Below, one piece after another: positions 28,301 through 43,300 of a stretch of DNA of 46,031 bases. Each line of letters begins with the position of its first letter. Positions within the stretch are counted from its first letter, which is position 1. The notes below the pieces were generated by a model. It saw only the letters and a list, made by a program, of their open reading frames with translations. It made no database searches and was not told the origin of the DNA. The translations under genes were made by a program, and so were the position numbers. The stretch is from Nemertoderma westbladi. Lineage: Eukaryota > Animalia > Xenacoelomorpha. The stretch covers positions 1 to 46,031 of the forward strand of contig JAUCBJ010005547.1 in NCBI GenBank assembly GCA_032718475.1, in the 5' to 3' direction.

Positions 28301-31300
28301 CTCTCCTATCCCGTGAGGGTACACGATGTATTATTATTATTATTAATTCAGACTCACTCTCCTATCCCGTGAGGGTACACGATGTATTATTATTAATTCA
28401 GACTCACTCTCCTATCCCGTGAGGGTACACGATGTATTATTATTATTATTAATTCAGACTCACTCTCCTATCCCGTGAGGGCACACGATGTATTATTATT
28501 AACTCAGACTCACTCTCCTATCCCGTGAGGGTACACGATGTATTATTATTAATTCAGACTCACTCTCCTATCCCGTGAGGGTACACGATGTATTATTATT
28601 AATTCAGACTCACTCTCCTATCCCGTGAGGGTACACGATGTATTATTATTAATTCAGACTCACTCTCCTATCCCGTGAGGGTACACGATGTATTATTATT
28701 ATTATTAATCCAGACTCACTCTCCTATCTCGTGAGGGTACACGATGTATTATTATTAATTCAGACTCACTCTCCTATCCCGTGAGGGTACACGATGTATT
28801 ATTATTATTATTAATCCAGACTCACTCTCCTATCCCGTGAGGGTACACGATGTATTATTATTATTATTAATTCAGACTCACTCTCCTATCCCGTGAGGGT
28901 ACACGATGTATTATTATTAATTCAGACTCACTCTCCTATCCCGTGAGGGTACACGATGTATTATTATTATTATTAATTCAGACTCACTCTCCTATCCCGT
29001 GAGGGTACACGATGTATTATTATTAATTCAGACTCACTCTCCTATCCCGTGAGGGTACACGATGTATTATTATTATTATTAATTCAGACTCACTCTCCTA
29101 TCTCGTGAGGGTACACGATGTATTATTATTAATTCAGACTCACTCTCCTATCCCGTGAGGGTACACGATGTATTATTATTAATTCAGACTCACTCTCCTA
29201 TCCCGTGAGGGTACACGATGTATTATTATTAATTCAGACTCACTCTCCTATCCCGTGAGGGTACACGATGTATTATTATTATTATTAATTCAGACTCACT
29301 CTCCTATCTCGTGAGGGTACACGATGTATTATTATTATTATTAATTCAGACTCACTCTCCTATCCCGTGAGGGTACACGATGTATTATTATTAATTCAGA
29401 CTCACTCTCCTATCCCGTGAGGGTACACGATGTATTATTATTATTATTAATTCAGACTCACTCTCCTATCCCGTGAGGGCACACGATGTATTATTATTAA
29501 CTCAGACTCACTCTCCTATCCCGTGAGGGTACACGATGTATTATTATTAATTCAGACTCACTCTCCTATCCCGTGAGGGTACACGATGTATTATTATTAA
29601 TTCAGACTCACTCTCCTATCCCGTGAGGGTACACGATGTATTATTATTAATTCAGACTCACTCTCCTATCCCGTGAGGGTACACGATGTATTATTATTAT
29701 TATTAATCCAGACTCACTCTCCTATCTCGTGAGGGTACACGATGTATTATTATTATTATTAATTCAGACTCACTCTCCTATCTCGTGAGGGTACACGATG
29801 TATTATTATTAATTCAGACTCACTCTCCTATCCCGTGAGGGTACACGATGTATTATTATTATTATTAATTCAGACTCACTCTCCTATCTCGTGAGGGTAC
29901 ACGATGTATTATTATTATTATTAATTCAGACTCACTCTCCTATCTCGTGAGGGTACACGATGTATTATTATTAATTCAGACTCACTCTCCTATCCCGTGA
30001 GGGTACACGATGTATTATTATTATTATTAATTCAGACTCACTCTCCTATCTCGTGAGGGTACACGATGTATTATTATTATTATTAATTCAGACTCACTCT
30101 CCTATCTCGTGAGGGTACACGATGTATTATTATTATTATTAATTCAGACTCACTCTCCTATCTCGTGAGGGTACACGATGTATTATTATTAATTCAGACT
30201 CACTCTCCTATCCCGTGAGGGTACACGATGTATTATTATTAATTCAGACTCACTCTCCTATCCCGTGAGGGTACACGATGTATTATTATTAATTCAGACT
30301 CACTCTCCTATCCCGTGAGGGTACACGATGTATTATTATTATTATTAATTCAGACTCACTCTCCTATCTCGTGAGGGTACACGATGTATTATTATTATTA
30401 TTAATTCAGACTCACTCTCCTATCTCGTGAGGGTACACGATGTATTATTATTAATTCAGACTCACTCTCCTATCCCGTGAGGGTACACGATGTATTATTA
30501 TTATTATTAATTCAGACTCACTCTCCTATCCCGTGAGGGTACACGATGTATTATTATTATTATTAATTCAGACTCACTCTGCTATCCCGTGAGGGTACAC
30601 GATGTATTATTATTAATTCAGACTCACTCTCCTATCCCGTGAGGGTACACGATGTATTATTATTATTATTAATTCAGACTCACTCTCCTATCCCGTGAGG
30701 GTACACGATGTATTATTATTAATTCAGACTCACTCTCCTATCCCGTGAGGGCACACGATGTATTATTATTATTATTAATTCAGACTCACTCTCCTATCCC
30801 GTGAGGGTACACGATGTATTATTATTAATTCAGACTCACTCTCCTATCCCGTGAGGGTACACGATGTATTATTATTATTATTAATTCAGACTCACTCTCC
30901 TATCCCGTGAGGGTACACGATGTATTATTATTAATTCAGACTCACTCTCCTATCCCGTGAGGGTACACGATGTATTATTATTATTATTAATTCAGACTCA
31001 CTCTCCTATCTCGTGAGGGTACACGATGTATTATTATTATTATTAATTCAGACTCACTCTCCAATCTCGTGAGGGTACACGATGTATTATTATTAATTCA
31101 GACTCACTCTCCTATCCCGTGAGGGTACACGATGTATTATTATTAATTCAGACTCACTCTCCTATCCCGTGAGGGTACACGATGTATTATTATTAATTCA
31201 GACTCACTCTCCTATCCCGTGAGGGCACACGATGTATTATTATTATTATTAATTCAGACTCACTCTCCTATCCCGTGAGGGTACACGATGTATTATTATT

Positions 31301-34300
31301 ATTATTAATTCAGACTCACTCTCCAATCTCGTGAGGGTACACGATGTATTATTATTAATTCAGACTCACTCTCCTATCCCGTGAGGGCACACGATGTATT
31401 ATTATTAATTCAGACTCACTCTCCTATCCCGTGAGGGTACACGATGTATTATTATTATTATTAATTCAGACTCACTCTCCTATCCCGTGAGGGTACACGA
31501 TGTATTATTATTATTATTAATTCAGACTCACTCTCCTATCCCGTGAGGGTACACGATGTATTATTATTATTATTAATTCAGACTCACTCTCCTATCCCGT
31601 GAGGGTACACGATGTATTATTATTAATTCAGACTCACTCTCCTATCCCGTGAGGGTACACGATGTATTATTATTATTATTAATTCAGACTCACTCTCCTA
31701 TCCCGTGAGGGTACACGATGTATTATTATTAATTCAGACTCACTCTCCTATCCCGTGAGGGTACACGATGTATTATTATTATTATTAATTCAGACTCACT
31801 CTCCTATCCCGTGAGGGTACACGATGTATTATTATTATTATTAATTCAGACTCACTCTCCTATCCCGTGAGGGTACACGATGTATTATTATTATTATTAA
31901 TTCAGACTCACTCTCCTATCCCGTGAGGGTACACGATGTATTATTATTAATTCAGACTCACTCTCCTATCCCGTGAGGGTACACGATGTATTATTATTAT
32001 TATTAATTCAGACTCACTCTCCTATCCCGTGAGGGTACACGATGTATTATTATTAATTCAGACTCACTCTCCTATCCCGTGAGGGTACACGATGTATTAT
32101 TATTATTATTAATTCAGACTCACTCTCCTATCCCGTGAGGGTACACGATGTATTATTATTATTATTAATTCAGACTCACTCTCCTATCCCGTGAGGGTAC
32201 ACGATGTATTATTATTAATTCAGACTCACTCTCCTATCCCGTGAGGGTACACGATGTATTATTATTATTATTAATTCAGACTCACTCTCCTATCTCGTGA
32301 GGGTACACGATGTATTATTATTATTATTAATTCAGACTCACTCTCCTATCTCGTGAGGGTACACGATGTATTATTATTAATTCAGACTCACTCTCCAATC
32401 TCGTGAGGGTACACGATGTATTATTATTAATTCAGACTCACTCTCCTATCCCGTGAGGGTACACGATGTATTATTATTATTATTAATTCAGACTCACTCT
32501 CCTATCCCGTGAGGGTACACGATGTATTATTATTATTATTAATTCAGACTCACTCTCCTATCCCGTGAGGGTACACGATGTATTATTATTAATTCAGACT
32601 CACTCTCCTATCCCGTGAGGGTACACGATGTATTATTATTATTATTAATTCAGACTCACTCTCCTATCCCGTGAGGGTACACGATGTATTATTATTAATT
32701 CAGACTCACTCTCCTATCTCGTGAGGGTACACGATGTATTATTATTAATTCAGACTCACTCTCCTATCCCGTGAGGGTACACGATGTATTATTATTAATT
32801 CAGACTCACTCTCCTATCCCGTGAGGGTACACGATGTATTATTATTATTATTAATTCAGACTCACTCTCCTATCCCGTGAGGGTACACGATGTATTATTA
32901 TTATTATTAATTCAGACTCACTCTCCTATCTCGTGAGGGTACACGATGTATTATTATTATTATTAATTCAGACTCACTCTCCTATCTCGTGAGGGTACAC
33001 GATGTATTATTATTATTATTAATTCAGACTCACTCTCCTATCTCGTGAGGGTACACGATGTATTATTATTATTATTAATTCAGACTCACTCTCCTATCCC
33101 GTGAGGGTACACGATGTATTATTATTAATTCAGACTCACTCTCCTATCTCGTGAGGGTACACGATGTATTATTATTAATTCAGACTCACTCTCCTATCCC
33201 GTGAGGGTACACGATGTATTATTATTATTATTAATTCAGACTCACTCTCCTATCCCGTGAGGGTACACGATGTATTATTATTATTATTAATTCAGACTCA
33301 CTCTCCTATCCCGTGAGGGTACACGATGTATTATTATTATTATTAATTCAGACTCACTCTCCTATCCCGTGAGGGTACACGATGTATTATTATTATTATT
33401 AACTCAGACTCACTCTCCTATCCCGTGAGGGTACACGATGTATTATTATTATTATTAATTCAGACTCACTCTCCTATCCCGTGAGGGTACACGATGTATT
33501 ATTATTATTATTAATTCAGACTCACTCTCCTATCCCGTGAGGGTACACGATGTATTATTATTATTATTAATTCAGACTCACTCTCCTATCCCGTGAGGGT
33601 ACACGATGTATTATTATTATTATTAATTCAGACTCACTCTCCTATCCCGTGAGGGTACACGATGTATTATTATTATTATTAATTCAGACTCACTCTCCTA
33701 TCCCGTGAGGGTACACGATGTATTATTATTATTATTAATTCAGACTCACTCTCCTATCCCGTGAGGGTACACGATGTATTATTATTAATTCAGACTCACT
33801 CTCCTATCCCGTGAGGGTACACGATGTATTATTATTATTATTAATTCAGACTCACTCTCCTATCCCGTGAGGGTACACGATGTATTATTATTAACTCAGA
33901 CTCACTCTCCTATCCCGTGAGGGTACACGATGTATTATTATTATTATTAATTCAGACTCACTCTCCTATCCCGTGAGGGTACACGATGTATTATTATTAT
34001 TATTAATTCAGACTCACTCTCCTATCCCGTGAGGGTACACGATGTATTATTATTATTATTAATTCAGACTCACTCTCCTATCCCGTGAGGGTACACGATG
34101 TATTATTATTATTATTAATTCAGACTCACTCTCCTATCCCGTGAGGGTACACGATGTATTATTATTATTATTAACTCAGACTCACTCTCCTATCCCGTGA
34201 GGGTACACGATGTATTATTATTAATTCAGACTCACTCTCCTATCCCGTGAGGGTACACGATGTATTATTATTAACTCAGACTCACTCTCCTATCCCGTGA

Positions 34301-37300
34301 GGGTACACGATGTATTATTATTATTATTAATTCAGACTCACTCTCCTATCCCGTGAGGGTACACGATGTATTATTATTAATTCAGACTCACTCTCCTATC
34401 CCGTGAGGGTACACGATGTATTATTATTAATTCAGACTCACTCTCCTATCCCGTGAGGGTACACGATGTATTATTATTATTATTAATCAGACTCACTCTC
34501 CTATCCCGTGAGGGTACACGATGTATTATTATTAACTCAGACTCACTCTCCTATCCCGTGAGGGTACACGATGTATTATTATTATTATTAATTCAGACTC
34601 ACTCTCCTATCCCGTGAGGGTACACGATGTATTATTATTAACTCAGACTCACTCTCCTATCCCGTGAGGGTACACGATGTATTATTATTATTATTAACTC
34701 AGACTCACTCTCCTATCCCGTGAGGGTACACGATGTTATTATTATTATTAACTCAGACTCACTCTCCTATCCCGTGAGGGTACACGATGTATTATTATTA
34801 TTATTAATTCAGACTCACTCTCCTATCCCGTGAGGGTACACGATGTATTATTATTAATTCAGACTCACTCTCCTATCCCGTGAGGGTACACGATGTATTA
34901 TTATTATTATTAATTCAGACTCACTCTCCTATCCCGTGAGGGTACACGATGTATTATTATTAATTCAGACTCACTCTCCTATCCCGTGAGGGTACACGAT
35001 GTATTATTATTATTATTAATTCAGACTCACTCTCCTATCCCGTGAGGGCACACGATGTATTATTATTATTAATTCAGACTCACTCTCCTATCCCGTGAGG
35101 GTACACGATGTATTATTATTATTATTAATTCAGACTCACTCTCCTATCCCGTGAGGGTACACGATGTATTATTATTAATTCAGACTCACTCTCCTATCCC
35201 GTGAGGGTACACGATGTATTATTATTAATTCAGACTCACTCTCCTATCCCGTGAGGGTACACGATGTATTATTATTATTATTAATTCAGACTCACTCTCC
35301 TATCCCGTGAGGGCACACGATGTATTATTATTAACTCAGACTCACTCTCCTATCCCGTGAGGGTACACGATGTATTATTATTATTAATTCAGACTCACTC
35401 TCCTATCCCGTGAGGGTACACGATGTATTATTATTAACTCAGACTCACTCTCCTATCCCGTGAGGGTACACGATGTATTATTATTATTAATTCAGACTCA
35501 CTCTCCTATCCCGTGAGGGTACACGATGTATTATTATTAACTCAGACTCACTCTCCTATCCCGTGAGGGTACACGATGTATTATTATTATTAATTCAGAC
35601 TCACTCTCCTATCCCGTGAGGGTACACGATGTATTATTATTATTATATTAATTCAGACTCACTCTCCTATCCCGTGAGGGTACACGATGTATTATTATTA
35701 ATTCAGACTCACTCTCCTATCCCGTGAGGGTACACGATGTATTATTATTAATTCAGACTCACTCTCCTATCCCGTGAGGGTACACGATGTATTATTATTA
35801 TTATTAATTCAGACTCACTCTCCTATCCCGTGAGGGCACACGATGTATTATTATTAACTCAGACTCACTCTCCTATCCCGTGAGGGTACACGATGTATTA
35901 TTATTATTAATTCAGACTCACTCTCCTATCCCGTGAGGGTACACGATGTATTATTATTAACTCAGACTCACTCTCCTATCCCGTGAGGGTACACGATGTA
36001 TTATTATTATTAATTCAGACTCACTCTCCTATCCCGTGAGGGTACACGATGTATTATTATTATTATTATTAATTCAGACTCACTCTCCTATCCCGTGAGG
36101 GCACACGATGTATTATTATTATTATTAATTCAGACTCACTCTCCTATCCCGTGAGGGTACACGATGTATTATTATTATTATTATTAATTCAGACTCACTC
36201 TCCTATCCCGTGAGGGTACACGATGTATTATTATTATTATTAATTCAGACTCACTCTCCTATCCCGTGAGGGTACACGATGTATTATTATTATTAATTCA
36301 GACTCACTCTCCTATCCCGTGAGGGTACACGATGTATTATTATTAACTCAGACTCACTCTCCTATCCCGTGAGGGTACACGATGTATTATTATTATTATT
36401 AATTCAGACTCACTCTCCTATCCCGTGAGGGTACACGATGTATTATTATTAACTCAGACTCACTCTCCTATCCCGTGAGGGTACACGATGTATTATTATT
36501 AACTCAGACTCACTCTCCTATCCCGTGAGGGTACACGATGTATTATTATTATTAATTCAGACTCACTCTCCTATCCCGTGAGGGCACACGATGTATTATT
36601 ATTAACTCAGACTCACTCTCCTATCCCGTGAGGGCACACGATGTATTATTATTATTAATTCAGACTCACTCTCCTATCCCGTGAGGGTACACGATGTATT
36701 ATTATTATTATTATTAATTCAGACTCACTCTCCTATCCCGTGAGGGCACACGATGTATTATTATTAACTCAGACTCACTCTCCTATCCCGTGAGGGTACA
36801 CGATGTATTATTATTATTAATTCAGACTCACTCTCCTATCCCGTGAGGGTACACGATGTATTATTATTAATTCAGACTCACTCTCCTATCCCGTGAGGGC
36901 ACACGATGTATTATTATTATTAATTCAGACTCACTCTCCTATCCCGTGAGGGTACACGATGTATTATTATTAACTCAGACTCACTCTCCTATCCCGTGAG
37001 GGTACACGATGTATTATTATTATTAATTCAGACTCACTCTCCTATCCCGTGAGGGTACACGATGTATTATTATTAATTCAGACTCACTCTCCTATCCCGT
37101 GAGGGCACACGATGTATTATTATTATTAATTCAGACTCACTCTCCTATCCCGTGAGGGTACACGATGTATTATTATTAACTCAGACTCACTCTCCTATCC
37201 CGTGAGGGTACACGATGTATTATTATTATTAATTCAGACTCACTCTCCTATCCCGTGAGGGTACACGATGTATTATTATTAATTCAGACTCACTCTCCTA

Positions 37301-40300
37301 TCCCGTGAGGGTACACGATGTATTATTATTATTAATTCAGACTCACTCTCCTATCCCGTGAGGGTACACGATGTATTATTATTAATTCAGACTCACTCTC
37401 CTATCCCGTGAGGGTACACGATGTATTATTATTAATTCAGACTCACTCTCCTATCCCGTGAGGGTACACGATGTATTATTATTATTATTAATTCAGACTC
37501 ACTCTCCTATCCCGTGAGGGTACACGATGTATTATTATTAATTCAGACTCACTCTCCTATCCCGTGAGGGTACACGATGTATTATTATTAATTCAGACTC
37601 ACTCTCCTATCCCGTGAGGGTACACGATGTATTATTATTATTAATTCAGACTCACTCTCCTATCCCGTGAGGGTACACGATGTATTATTATTATTATTAA
37701 TTCAGACTCACTCTCCTATCCCGTGAGGGTACACGATGTATTATTATTAATTCAGACTCACTCTCCTATCCCGTGAGGGTACACGATGTATTATTATTAT
37801 TATTAATTCAGACTCACTCTCCTATCCCGTGAGGGTACACGATGTATTATTATTAATTCAGACTCACTCTCCTATCCCGTGAGGGTACACGATGTATTAT
37901 TATTAATTCAGACTCACTCTCCTATCCCGTGAGGGTACACGATGTATTATTATTAATTCAGACTCACTCTCCTATCCCGTGAGGGTACACGATGTATTAT
38001 TATTATTAATTCAGACTCACTCTCCTATCCCGTGAGGGTACACGATGTATTATTATTATTATTAATTCAGACTCACTCTCCTATCCCGTGAGGGTACACG
38101 ATGTATTATTATTATTATTAATTCAGACTCACTCTCCTATCCCGTGAGGGTACACGATGTATTATTATTAATTCAGACTCACTCTCCTATCCCGTGAGGG
38201 TACACGATGTATTATTATTAATTCAGACTCACTCTCCTATCCCGTGAGGGTACACGATGTATTATTATTAATTCAGACTCACTCTCCTATCCCGTGAGGG
38301 TACACGATGTATTATTATTAATTCAGACTCACTCTCCTATCCCGTGAGGGTACACGATGTATTATTATTATTAATTCAGACTCACTCTCCTATCCCGTGA
38401 GGGTACACGATGTATTATTATTATTATTAATTCAGACTCACTCTCCTATCCCGTGAGGGTACACGATGTATTATTATTAATTCAGACTCACTCTCCTATC
38501 CCGTGAGGGTACACGATGTATTATTATTAATTCAGACTCACTCTCCTATCCCGTGAGGGTACACGATGTATTATTATTAATTCAGACTCACTCTCCTATC
38601 CCGTGAGGGTACACGATGTATTATTATTAATTCAGACTCACTCTCCTATCCCGTGAGGGTACACGATGTATTATTATTAATTCAGACTCACTCTCCTATC
38701 CCGTGAGGGTACACGATGTATTATTATTATTATTAATTCAGACTCACTCTCCTATCCCGTGAGGGTACACGATGTATTATTATTATTATTAATTCAGACT
38801 CACTCTCCTATCCCGTGAGGGTACACGATGTATTATTATTAATTCAGACTCACTCTCCTATCCCGTGAGGGTACACGATGTATTATTATTAATTCAGACT
38901 CACTCTCCTATCCCGTGAGGGTACACGATGTATTATTATTATTATTAATTCAGACTCACTCTCCTATCCCGTGAGGGTACACGATGTATTATTATTAATT
39001 CAGACTCACTCTCCTATCCCGTGAGGGTACACGATGTATTATTATTAATTCAGACTCACTCTCCTATCCCGTGAGGGTACACGATGTATTATTATTATTA
39101 TTAACTCAGACTCACTCTCCTATCCCGTGAGGGTACACGATGTATTATTATTATTATTAATTCAGACTCACTCTCCTATCCCGTGAGGGTACACGATGTA
39201 TTATTATTAATTCAGACTCACTCTCCTATCCCGTGAGGGTACACGATGTATTATTATTAATTCAGACTCACTCTCCTATCCCGTGAGGGTACACGATGTA
39301 TTATTATTATTATTAATTCAGACTCACTCTCCTATCCCGTGAGGGTACACGATGTATTATTATTATTATTAATTCAGACTCACTCTCCTATCCCGTGAGG
39401 GTACACGATGTATTATTATTATTATTAATTCAGACTCACTCTCCTATCCCGTGAGGGTACACGATGTATTATTATTATTATTAATTCAGACTCACTCTCC
39501 TATCCCGTGAGGGTACACGATGTATTATTATTAATTCAGACTCACTCTCCTATCCCGTGAGGGTACACGATGTATTATTATTATTATTAATTCAGACTCA
39601 CTCTCCTATCCCGTGAGGGTACACGATGTATTATTATTAATTCAGACTCACTCTCCTATCCCGTGAGGGTACACGATGTATTATTATTAATTCAGACTCA
39701 CTCTCCTATCCCGTGAGGGTACACGATGTATTATTATTATTATTTCAGACTCACTCTCCTATCCCGTGAGGGTACACGATGTATTATTATTAATTCAGAC
39801 TCACTCTCCTATCCCGTGAGGGTACACGATGTATTATTATTAATTCAGACTCACTCTCCTATCCCGTGAGGGTACACGATGTATTATTATTAATTCAGAC
39901 TCACTCTCCTATCCCGTGAGGGTACACGATGTATTATTATTATTATTCAGACTCACTCTCCTATCCCGTGAGGGTACACGATGTATTATTATTATTATTA
40001 ATTCAGACTCACTCTCCTATCCCGTGAGGGTACACGATGTATTATTATTAATTCAGACTCACTCTCCTATCCCGTGAGGGTACACGATGTATTATTATTA
40101 ATTCAGACTCACTCTCCTATCCCGTGAGGGTACACGATGTATTATTATTAATTCAGACTCACTCTCCTATCCCGTGAGGGTACACGATGTATTATTATTA
40201 ATTCAGACTCACTCTCCTATCCCGTGAGGGTACACGATGTATTATTATTAATTCAGACTCACTCTCCTATCCCGTGAGGGTACACGATGTATTATTATTA

Positions 40301-43300
40301 ATTCAGACTCACTCTCCTATCCCGTGAGGGTACACGATGTTTATTATTATTAATTCAGACTCACTCTCCTATCCCGTGAGGGTACACGATGTATTATTAT
40401 TATTAATTCAGACTCACTCTCCTATCCCGTGAGGGTACACGATGTATTATTATTATTATTATTCAGACTCACTCTCCTATCCCGTGAGGGTACACGATGT
40501 ATTATTATTAATTCAGACTCACTCTCCTATCCCGTGAGGGTACACGATGTATTATTATTAATTCAGACTCACTCTCCTATCCCGTGAGGGTACACGATGT
40601 ATTATTATTATTAATTCAGACTCACTCTCCTATCCCGTGAGGGTACACGATGTATTATTATTAATTCAGACTCACTCTCCTATCCCGTGAGGGTACACGA
40701 TGTATTATTATTAATTCAGACTCACTCTCCTATCCCGTGAGGGTACACGATGTATTATTATTAATTCAGACTCACTCTCCTATCCCGTGAGGGTACACGA
40801 TGTATTATTATTATTATTAATCAGACTCACTCTCCTATCCCGTGAGGGTACACGATGTATTATTATTAATTCAGACTCACTCTCCTATCCCGTGAGGGTA
40901 CACGATGTATTATTATTAATTCAGACTCACTCTCCTATCCCGTGAGGGTACACGATGTATTATTATTATTATTAATTCAGACTCACTCTCCTATCCCGTG
41001 AGGGTACACGATGTATTATTATTAATTCAGACTCACTCTCCTATCCCGTGAGGGTACACGATGTATTATTATTAATTCAGACTCACTCTCCTATCCCGTG
41101 AGGGTACACGATGTATTATTATTATTATTAATTCAGACTCACTCTCCTATCCCGTGAGGGTACACGATGTATTATTATTAATTCAGACTCACTCTCCTAT
41201 CCCGTGAGGGTACACGATGTATTATTATTAATTCAGACTCACTCTCCTATCCCGTGAGGGTACACGATGTATTATTATTAATTCAGACTCACTCTCCTAT
41301 CCCGTGAGGGTACACGATGTATTATTATTAATTCAGACTCACTCTCCTATCCCGTGAGGGTACACGATGTATTATTATTATTATTAATTCAGACTCACTC
41401 TCCTATCCCGTGAGGGTACACGATGTATTATTATTAATTCAGACTCACTCTCCTATCCCGTGAGGGTACACGATGTATTATTATTAATTCAGACTCACTC
41501 TCCTATCCCGTGAGGGTACACGATGTATTATTATTAATTCAGACTCACTCTCCTATCCCGTGAGGGTACACGATGTATTATTATTATTATTAATTCAGAC
41601 TCACTCTCCTATCCCGTGAGGGTACACGATGTATTATTATTAATTCAGACTCACTCTCCTATCCCGTGAGGGTACACGATGTATTATTATTATTATTAAT
41701 TCAGACTCACTCTCCTATCCCGTGAGGGTACACGATGTATTATTATTAATTCAGACTCACTCTCCTATCCCGTGAGGGTACACGATGTATTATTATTATT
41801 ATTAATTCAGACTCACTCTCCTATCCCGTGAGGGTACACGATGTATTATTATTAATTCAGACTCACTCTCCTATCCCGTGAGGGTACACGATGTATTATT
41901 ATTATTATTAATTCAGACTCACTCTCCTATCCCGTGAGGGTACACGATGTATTATTATTATTATTAATTCAGACTCACTCTCCTATCCCGTGAGGGTACA
42001 CGATGTATTATTATTAATTCAGACTCACTCTCCTATCCCGTGAGGGTACACGATGTATTATTATTAATTCAGACTCACTCTCCTATCCCGTGAGGGTACA
42101 CGATGTATTATTATTAATTCAGACTCACTCTCCTATCCCGTGAGGGTACACGATGTATTATTATTAATTCAGACTCACTCTCCTATCCCGTGAGGGTACA
42201 CGATGTATTATTATTATTATTAATTCAGACTCACTCTCCTATCCCGTGAGGGTACACGATGTATTATTATTATTATTAATTCAGACTCACTCTCCTATCC
42301 CGTGAGGGTACACGATGTATTATTATTAATTCAGACTCACTCTCCTATCCCGTGAGGGTACACGATGTATTATTATTAATTCAGACTCACTCTCCTATCC
42401 CGTGAGGGTACACGATGTATTATTATTAATTCAGACTCACTCTCCTATCCCGTGAGGGTACACGATGTATTATTATTATTATTAATTCAGACTCACTCTC
42501 CTATCTCGTGAGGGTACACGATGTATTATTATTAATTCAGACTCACTCTCCTATCCCGTGAGGGTACACGATGTATTATTATTATTATTAATCAGACTCA
42601 CTCTCCTATCTCGTGAGGGTACACGATGTATTATTATTAATTCAGACTCACTCTCCTATCCCGTGAGGGCACACGATGTATTATTATTATTATTAATTCA
42701 GACTCACTCTCCTATCCCGTGAGGGCACACGATGTATTATTATTATTATTAATTCAGACTCACTCTCCTATCCCGTGAGGGTACACGATGTATTATTATT
42801 ATTATTAATTCAGACTCACTCTCCTATCCCGTGAGGGTACACGATGTATTATTATTAATTCAGACTCACTCTCCTATCCCGTGAGGGTACACGATGTATT
42901 ATTATTAACTCAGACTCACTCTCCTATCCCGTGAGGGTACACGATGTATTATTATTATTATTAATTCAGACTCACTCTCCTATCCCGTGAGGGCACACGA
43001 TGTATTATTATTATTATTAATTCAGACTCACTCTCCTATCCCGTGAGGGCACACGATGTATTATTATTATTATTAATTCAGACTCACTCTCCTATCCCGT
43101 GAGGGTACACGATGTATTATTATTATTATTAATTCAGACTCACTCTCCTATCCCGTGAGGGTACACGATGTATTATTATTAATTCAGACTCACTCTCCTA
43201 TCCCGTGAGGGTACACGATGTATTATTATTAATTCAGACTCACTCTCCTATCCCGTGAGGGCACACGATGTATTATTATTATTATTAATTCAGACTCACT

